Source of the DNA: Pyrobaculum sp.
GTDB lineage: Archaea; Thermoproteota; Thermoprotei; Thermoproteales; Thermoproteaceae
Direction of reading: 5' to 3'
Length of the DNA: 22,040 nt
NCBI GenBank assembly: GCA_046293555.1
Contig: JBKBOT010000024.1
Coordinates: 1-22,040 of the forward strand
Shown: piece after piece, positions 16,538-22,040 of the stretch
How positions within the stretch are numbered: position 1 is the stretch's first letter
How the letters are laid out: each line of letters starts with the position of its first letter
The notes under the pieces: generated by a model
The model's input: only the letters and a program-made list of their open reading frames with translations
Told to the model about the DNA's origin: nothing
Database searches by the model: none
Position numbers and translations under genes: made by a program

Positions 16538-18828
16538 CATATAGAGAGGGCCTTAGGGCGGTTACGGGGGCTGGGGAGTATATAGACGACTTGCCAGTGC
16601 CGCCAGGGACGCTCCACATGGCCATATATAGAAGCCCCTATCCCCACGCCAGGGTGAAAAAAGTAGATGTGTCTGACGTATGGAAGAAAGGGGGGATGGC
16701 CTTCGGCCCAACAGAGCTTTTAAAAGTTGTAAAAAGGCCATTTCCCAACGCCCTGGGGCTACCTATAAGATATTACCCAGTTGCAGTAGATAAGGCTAGA
16801 TACTTCGGCGAGCCTGTGGCTGTGGTTTTGGCTGAGGATAGATACAAGGCCGCAGACCTTTTAGATTACGTCTCTGTGGACTTCGAGCCGCTGGAGCCCG
16901 TGGCCACGGTGGAAGAGGCGTTGAAGGGCGACATCTTGATACACGGGGAGTTACGTTCTAACGTGGCTGTGGAGAGACATATGGCCTTTGGAAATATGGA
17001 GGAGGCCTTTAGAGGGGCCAAGGTTGTGGAGTTTCAGTTTAAGTTTCCTCGACACACCGCCATGCCTCTAGAGCCCTATGGAGTTGTGGCTTATTTTAAA
17101 GAAGAGCTAAACATATGGGCAAATATCCAAGGTCCCGCCCTATATATGTACTTCATAGCACAAGCGTTAGACTTGCCCACTTCTAGAATTAGGCTACAAA
17201 CCCCTAGAGACATCGGGGGAAGTTTTGGCATTAAGTACTCGATATATCCCTACATAGTCTTAACCGCCGCCGCGTCTAGGCTGGCGGGGAGGCCCGTCAA
17301 GTGGGTCGAGACCAGGATGGAGAGCCTGGCCGCCAGTAGCTCAAATGGCGAGAGGCGCGGGGTGGCGAAAATTGCGGCAACACGAGACGGCGTGATCAAA
17401 GGGCTGAAGTTCGACTTTATAGAAGAGGTGGGTGCCTACCTAAGGCCCCCAGAGCCCGGGGCCTTGTATAGAGTTCACGGCAACCTCAACGGGGCTTACG
17501 ACGTGAGGGCAATAGAGGTGCGACATAGGGTGGTTTTTACCAACAGGATGCCCACGGGCTTAAACAGGGGATATGGCGGCCCCCAGTTCTACTTTGCCCT
17601 AGAGAGAGCTGTGGATGAGCTGGCCAGAGAGCTGGGGGTAGACCCACTGGAGCTTAGGCTAAGGAATTTGGTGAAGAGCTTTCCGATTGAGGCACAGGGC
17701 TGGAGGTTTTATGAGACCGCCACAGGGGGGCTCTACCCCATGCAGGACTACGTCGCGGTGGTGAAGGCTCTGGAGGGGGAGTATTTAAAGTGGCGGGAAG
17801 AACAGAGACGGGGCAGAAGGGTGGGGGTAGGCGTGGCTGTAATAATAGAGCCCAGCGGCACAAACCTCGGCTATGTAGACGTTGCGTTGGAGGCAGAGAG
17901 GAGGAAGTATCCCCATTCGGGCGCTGGGGAATATGTGGCGATTAGCCTAGATCCCCACGGCGCGGTGAATGTGTTTGTAAACGCCACCAACGAGGGGCTT
18001 GGGCACGAGACGGCCCTAGCTGAGGTGGTGGCTAGAGAGCTCGGCGTCTCTCCTGACGCCGTCAAGGTGACCTATCAAGTCGACACCTCTCACATATGGT
18101 CTCTCTCAAGCGGGAGTTACTCCAGTAGATTTGCCCCCGTGGTGGTAAGCGCCGCTATTGTGGCCGCCAGGAGGCTTAAAGAAAAGATCTCTCTCCTAGG
18201 CGCTGCGTTGCTTAAGGCAAAGAGGGTGGCCTACGGGGAGGGGTATGTATACGATGTGGATAACCCAGAGAGAAGAGTAGACTTGAGAAGGCTTGTCTCT
18301 ATGGTGCATTGGGACCCCGGCGGCCTGCCTGAGGGGGTAGAGGGGGATCTATCCGCAGTGGCTTACTTCCACCCTCCCACCGTAAAGGCGCCTGTTGGCG
18401 ACAGGGTTAACTCCTCAGCCGCTTATGCCATACAGGCCCATCTGGCCGTCGTGGAGGAGATAGATGGCGAGGTGCGGCTTATCAGATATGTGGTGGCCCA
18501 CGACGCCGGCCGTATCTTAAACTTGCGGCTATTGGAGGGACAGCTGGCGGGCGGCATACATCACGGGATTTGTATGGCCATGTATGAAGAGCTTAAATAC
18601 GGCCCAGACGGGGTGCCTATGTCGCTCACGCTTGAGAGCTACGGCGTGCCAGACCTCTCCGATTTTGTGGGCGTGGAGGTGAGTTTTATACATTTCGAGA
18701 CTCCTGTGGCCTATCTGCCGTCAGGCGCCTTGGGTTCTGGCGAAGGTCCCGTAATGGGCGCGCCGGCGGCTGTGGCCAACGCGGCTGCCGACTTGTACAA
18801 AAAGACAGTGACACAACTGCCCATATGA
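16534..18828 (+). CDS. Xanthine-oxidase-family Mo-hydroxylase large subunit, HmfA (2-furoyl-CoA dehydrogenase)-like; not CoxL
   Basis: 764 aa. VTGAGEYIDD, RSPYPHA, IGGSFGIK, active-site loop LNRGYGGPQ (17560-17586), EGLGHET, GSYSSR, HDAGRILN, GSGEGP with the catalytic Glu. Confidence 0.9.
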   Translation: MTYREGLRAVTGAGEYIDDLPVPPGTLHMAIYRSPYPHARVKKVDVSDVWKKGGMAFGPTELLKVVKRPFPNALGLPIRYYPVAVDKARYFGEPVAVVLAEDRYKAADLLDYVSVDFEPLEPVATVEEALKGDILIHGELRSNVAVERHMAFGNMEEAFRGAKVVEFQFKFPRHTAMPLEPYGVVAYFKEELNIWANIQGPALYMYFIAQALDLPTSRIRLQTPRDIGGSFGIKYSIYPYIVLTAAASRLAGRPVKWVETRMESLAASSSNGERRGVAKIAATRDGVIKGLKFDFIEEVGAYLRPPEPGALYRVHGNLNGAYDVRAIEVRHRVVFTNRMPTGLNRGYGGPQFYFALERAVDELARELGVDPLELRLRNLVKSFPIEAQGWRFYETATGGLYPMQDYVAVVKALEGEYLKWREEQRRGRRVGVGVAVIIEPSGTNLGYVDVALEAERRKYPHSGAGEYVAISLDPHGAVNVFVNATNEGLGHETALAEVVARELGVSPDAVKVTYQVDTSHIWSLSSGSYSSRFAPVVVSAAIVAARRLKEKISLLGAALLKAKRVAYGEGYVYDVDNPERRVDLRRLVSMVHWDPGGLPEGVEGDLSAVAYFHPPTVKAPVGDRVNSSAAYAIQAHLAVVEEIDGEVRLIRYVVAHDAGRILNLRLLEGQLAGGIHHGICMAMYEELKYGPDGVPMSLTLESYGVPDLSDFVGVEVSFIHFETPVAYLPSGALGSGEGPVMGAPAAVANAAADLYKKTVTQLPI

Positions 18829-20153
18829 GGCCTCCCTACCCAAGGCCTTTTAAATACGTCAAGGCCATTTCTATAGATGAGGCTTTGGGCTACATAAAAG
18901 AGGGTTTTAAACCTCTGGCGGGGGGCCAGTCTCTATCCACATTACTCAAACTAGGCCTAGTCTGGGTGGAGGGGCTTGTGGACATTTTTGAGATCGACGA
19001 GTTACGGTACGTCGCCTTAGAGGGCGAGACGTTAAAAATCGGCGCTCTTACAGTTCATAACGACGTGGCGATGCATGAAGACATTGTACATCACGCCCCG
19101 GCTTTAGCCAAGGCCGCGTGGCATATTGGAGACCTACAGGTGAGAAATAGGGGGACAATAGGGGGCTCCATAGCCCACGCGGACCCCGCCGCCAATTACC
19201 TCCCGGTCCTCATGGCGCTAGGCGGAGAGATACAACTAGCAGGTCCGGGGGGCCGCCGGCGTGTGGCAGTGGAGGATTTCGTAAAGGGGCCATACGCCAC
19301 GGCGGCTGAGGGGGAGCTGGTGGTTGAGGTGTCTGTGCCGAGGTGGCCGCTACAGGCGGTTGAGGTAATCAAGAGGCGGGGCGCGGCGTACCCCAGCCTC
19401 GTCCTGGCGGCAGCTGCCCGTGTAGAAGACGGCGTGGTGGTCAAGTCCAGAATTGCGGTGGGAGGGCTCTACACCACGCCAGTGGTGGCCAAAGGCGCTC
19501 TCGACGGGCTTTCTCTAGGGGAGCTGCCTGAGGCCGAGGTGTCTCTACCTGAGGGGGACCCATATGACGACCCGCATATGAGATATGTGGAGAAGAGAGA
19601 GGCGTTGCCGAGATACCTCCAGCGGCTTTTACAACAGCTGGGCCAGGGATACCGCTGGGCTCTACCACTGAGGCGCGAGTTAACCATGTGGCGAGGGACG
19701 GGCAATACGGCAACGCTAAATGGGGTTAAGACAGAGATAGATACAGAGCCTAGAGTCTTGCTGATTGACTACCTGAGGTCAAAGGGGCTGAGGGAGGTGA
19801 GGAGGGGGTGCGACGAAGGGAGGTGTGGGGCTTGTACAGTCCTGGTGGACAAAAAGGCTGTTAAAAGCTGCACCCTATTTGCCCCACAGGCGGCGGGCCA
19901 CGTGATTGAGACTGTGAGATCTATACAAGGCCACCCAATACAGAGGGCGTTTTTAGAGGAATACGCCTCTCAATGTGGTTACTGTACCCACGGCTTTATG
20001 ATGGCTCTAGTAGATTACTTCACTATAGACCTAGAGGCTAGAGACGAGGTTTTAAAACTCTCTATTAAAAACATATGTAGATGTACAGGTTATATAAATA
20101 TCATAAAGGCGATAAAAAAAGCTTCTTATATACTTCTCTCTAAAAATTTATAA
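18825..20153 (+). CDS. Fused FAD-binding (medium) and 2x[2Fe-2S] (small) subunit of the Mo-hydroxylase
   Basis: 442 aa. N-terminal LAGGQSL, IGDLQVRNRGTIGGS, ADPAA. C-terminal GCDEGRCGACTV...KSC and QCGYC...NICRCTGY. Confidence 0.92.
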   Translation: MRPPYPRPFKYVKAISIDEALGYIKEGFKPLAGGQSLSTLLKLGLVWVEGLVDIFEIDELRYVALEGETLKIGALTVHNDVAMHEDIVHHAPALAKAAWHIGDLQVRNRGTIGGSIAHADPAANYLPVLMALGGEIQLAGPGGRRRVAVEDFVKGPYATAAEGELVVEVSVPRWPLQAVEVIKRRGAAYPSLVLAAAARVEDGVVVKSRIAVGGLYTTPVVAKGALDGLSLGELPEAEVSLPEGDPYDDPHMRYVEKREALPRYLQRLLQQLGQGYRWALPLRRELTMWRGTGNTATLNGVKTEIDTEPRVLLIDYLRSKGLREVRRGCDEGRCGACTVLVDKKAVKSCTLFAPQAAGHVIETVRSIQGHPIQRAFLEEYASQCGYCTHGFMMALVDYFTIDLEARDEVLKLSIKNICRCTGYINIIKAIKKASYILLSKNL

Positions 20154-21262
20154 ATTGTATTTAATATAATTTCATTTGTGCCCTCATATATCTCTGTAAC
20201 TTTTGCATCTCTATATAACATCTCCACATGTGAGTCTGTAGAATAGCCGTAGCCCCCCAGTATTTGTACCGCCAGTCTAGTCACCTCCACGGCAGTTCTA
20301 GATCCCAGCAGTTTTGACACTTGTGCATATAGCGGAAATTGGGGGTCTCCGCCATCTTTCATCTTGGCCGTGGTGTAGACCAGGGTTCTAAGGGACTCCA
20401 CTCTGGCGTACATCTCAGACAGGTAGTGTTGTATTGCCTGAAACTCCGTCAGAAGTTTGCCGAAGGCAGCCCTCCTCCTGGCGTAATCAAGGGCTTGGCT
20501 AAAGGCCTCTTCTGCAATGCCCAGCCCAATAGCCCCAACGTTTAGCCTCCCCTGGTTAATGCCATACATAGCCACAGACCACCCCCCGTTTATCTTCCCC
20601 ACCACGTCCTCATCTGAGGCTGGACATCGGTCTAGTTTTACCTCTGCTGTACCTGTGCCCCTGACCCCCATCACCTCTATTGGCGTGGTCTCTATACAAC
20701 TGCCTCTTTTTACTATAAACGCCGTTATGGTCTTGTGTCTTTCCTCTCTTGCCCCAGTCCGGGCGAATACGAGAAAGTAGTCTGCATAAAGGCCGGAGGT
20801 TATCCAGGTCTTTACCCCATCTATCCTCCACTCTCCCCCCACCTTCTCCGCCCTAGTCTCTATGGCGGCTGCATCACTACCACAACAAGGCTCAGAAAGC
20901 GCAAAAGCGCCAACAGCCTCGCCGGTAGCCACCCTAGCCAACACCTCCCCCCTCTGAAACCCGGAGCCGTGTGTGAATAAGCTGTGTGTAAAGACCACGC
21001 CGGATATGGCGGTCAAAAAGCCAAATGCGCCACTTGTTTTTGCCAACTCCTCCACCACCACCACCGCCGTTCTTAAATCTCCATCCCCTCCGCCGTATTT
21101 TGAGGGGATTGTGGGGGCTAGTAGGCCTAGTCTGGCTGCCTCGCGTATTGCCTCTCTGGGGTAGTAATTTTCTCTATCCATCCTCCTGGCGAGGGGCTCC
21201 ACGACGTTGGTGGCAAACTCTCCAGCAGACTTCTTAACAAGAAGATGCTCTTGACTCAACAT
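20126..21262 (-). CDS. Acyl-CoA dehydrogenase (ACAD-2; catalytic Glu present)
   Basis: 378 aa. Same N-terminal half as ACAD-1; QILGGYGY, YRDAKVTEIYEGTNE. The 3' end overlaps the convergent FAD/FeS gene by 28 bp. Confidence 0.94.
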   Translation of the reverse strand: MLSQEHLLVKKSAGEFATNVVEPLARRMDRENYYPREAIREAARLGLLAPTIPSKYGGGDGDLRTAVVVVEELAKTSGAFGFLTAISGVVFTHSLFTHGSGFQRGEVLARVATGEAVGAFALSEPCCGSDAAAIETRAEKVGGEWRIDGVKTWITSGLYADYFLVFARTGAREERHKTITAFIVKRGSCIETTPIEVMGVRGTGTAEVKLDRCPASDEDVVGKINGGWSVAMYGINQGRLNVGAIGLGIAEEAFSQALDYARRRAAFGKLLTEFQAIQHYLSEMYARVESLRTLVYTTAKMKDGGDPQFPLYAQVSKLLGSRTAVEVTRLAVQILGGYGYSTDSHVEMLYRDAKVTEIYEGTNEIILNTIYKFLERSI

Positions 21263-21263
21263 G
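20709..21263. repeat. 555-bp direct repeat, copy B (5' half of ACAD-2)
   Basis: Matches 3299-3853 with one mismatch. Confidence 0.96.
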
Positions 21264-21651
21264 GCTCAAACTCCTCTATGCCAGCCCCCTCTCTCCACTT
21301 AGGCCTTACCTTTGTCCCAACCTTTATCTCCCCCCTCACATAATGTATCAACCCGCCAAACACCCCCGGGAACTCTATAAAGGCCAGGACCCTATCCACC
21401 TCTCTGCCGTAGAAATCCTTTTTGATTACCGTATAGCTCCTCACCACGCCTATTTCTGAGATAGGCCTCAGCTCAGTCACCTCGTGGAAGTCTATTGGAC
21501 AAAAGGCCTTTGGCGGGAGGAATAGTCTGTCACACTTAGGGCAGTAGGCAGCCATGAGTTTCCCCCCTCTCAAGGCCTCAAGCCATTTTGTGCCCACAAC
21601 GCCGGCAGTGTACACGTAGGCCTCTATCTCCATCACCTCTGGGAACCTCAT
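21256..21651 (-). CDS. DUF35 Zn-ribbon/OB-fold protein
   Basis: 131 aa. YVYTAG, CPKC...LPPKAFCPID (fourth ligand Asp), GVVRSYT, GLIHY. Confidence 0.9.
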   Translation of the reverse strand: MRFPEVMEIEAYVYTAGVVGTKWLEALRGGKLMAAYCPKCDRLFLPPKAFCPIDFHEVTELRPISEIGVVRSYTVIKKDFYGREVDRVLAFIEFPGVFGGLIHYVRGEIKVGTKVRPKWREGAGIEEFEPC

Positions 21652-22040
21652 ATCCTCTCAAAACACTCTATATCTGTTATAGAGCCCGTCCTGTTTGGCC
21701 TCCACCTGGCTTTAACCCTTGCCCCAAATACCTTCATAGTCTTTACCTCCTCTTCCGTAAAGCCGCAGAGGTAGTGCATAACCCCCGGGAAGAAGTGGTC
21801 GTCAAACTCTCTCTCCGGCACACTTAGCTTCACTACGCCGACTGCCACAGGCTTCTCTAGTCTTGACCTGTCTGCGGCTATGTGGCTAAGCACGGCGGTT
21901 ACCACCACCCCCTCGTCTCTGGCTTCTACCCACCTATCCACCTCTCTGAAGCAATAGGAGCAATAAAGCCGCGGCGGTATGAAGACCCTGCCGCACCTCT
22001 CGCATACAGTGCCTAAAATCTTCCCCTCTTTAAGCCCTCT
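21648..22040 (-). CDS. DUF35 Zn-ribbon/OB-fold protein, 3' part (start codon is at 206 via the circular join)
   Basis: The frame is open to the window end (...CERCGRVFIPPRLYCSYCFREVDRWVEARDEG...GSITDIECFERI). The 97-aa ORF in the track is an internal-GTG fragment of it. Confidence 0.92.
   Translation of the reverse strand, partial: RGLKEGKILGTVCERCGRVFIPPRLYCSYCFREVDRWVEARDEGVVVTAVLSHIAADRSRLEKPVAVGVVKLSVPEREFDDHFFPGVMHYLCGFTEEEVKTMKVFGARVKARWRPNRTGSITDIECFERI
21964..22040. repeat. Terminal direct repeat, copy 2 (identical to 1-77)
   Basis: Exact 77-nt match to the window start. Confidence 0.98.

Noticed and set aside
16534-20153. Aerobic CO dehydrogenase (coxL/coxM/coxS) call
   Set aside because: The active-site loop is LNRGYGGPQ, not AYxCSFR or AYRGAGR; there is no Cu-binding Cys.

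Overview
A 22-kb, gene-dense, entirely catabolic cluster with an archaeal layout: ATGA/GTGA stop-start overlaps, TATA boxes about 20-30 bp before start codons, AGG/AGA/ATA-rich codons. A Thermoproteaceae/Pyrobaculum-like source is inferred, not proven. Contents: (i) two Cys-less thiolase-fold genes, two DUF35 Zn-ribbon/OB-fold genes and an acyl-CoA dehydrogenase (ACAD); (ii) a second ACAD divergent from xdhC; (iii) an AT-richer LIV-type ABC importer with an embedded acyl-CoA synthetase and a degenerate AMP-binding enzyme; (iv) a thiolase plus DUF35; (v) a + strand operon of aldehyde dehydrogenase, crotonase, Mo-hydroxylase large subunit and a fused FAD/2Fe-2S subunit, whose motifs resemble, from my recall, bacterial HmfE/HmfABC of furoyl-CoA (Trudgill) degradation rather than CO dehydrogenase. 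Two structural surprises: bases 1-77 equal bases 21964-22040 and one DUF35 ORF reads in frame across the join, so the sequence closes into a 21,963-bp circle with no rep, integrase or transposase; and the two ACAD genes share a 555-bp direct repeat (1 mismatch) covering their 5' halves, while one of them lacks both known catalytic glutamates. No RNA genes, CRISPR arrays or IS elements were seen.
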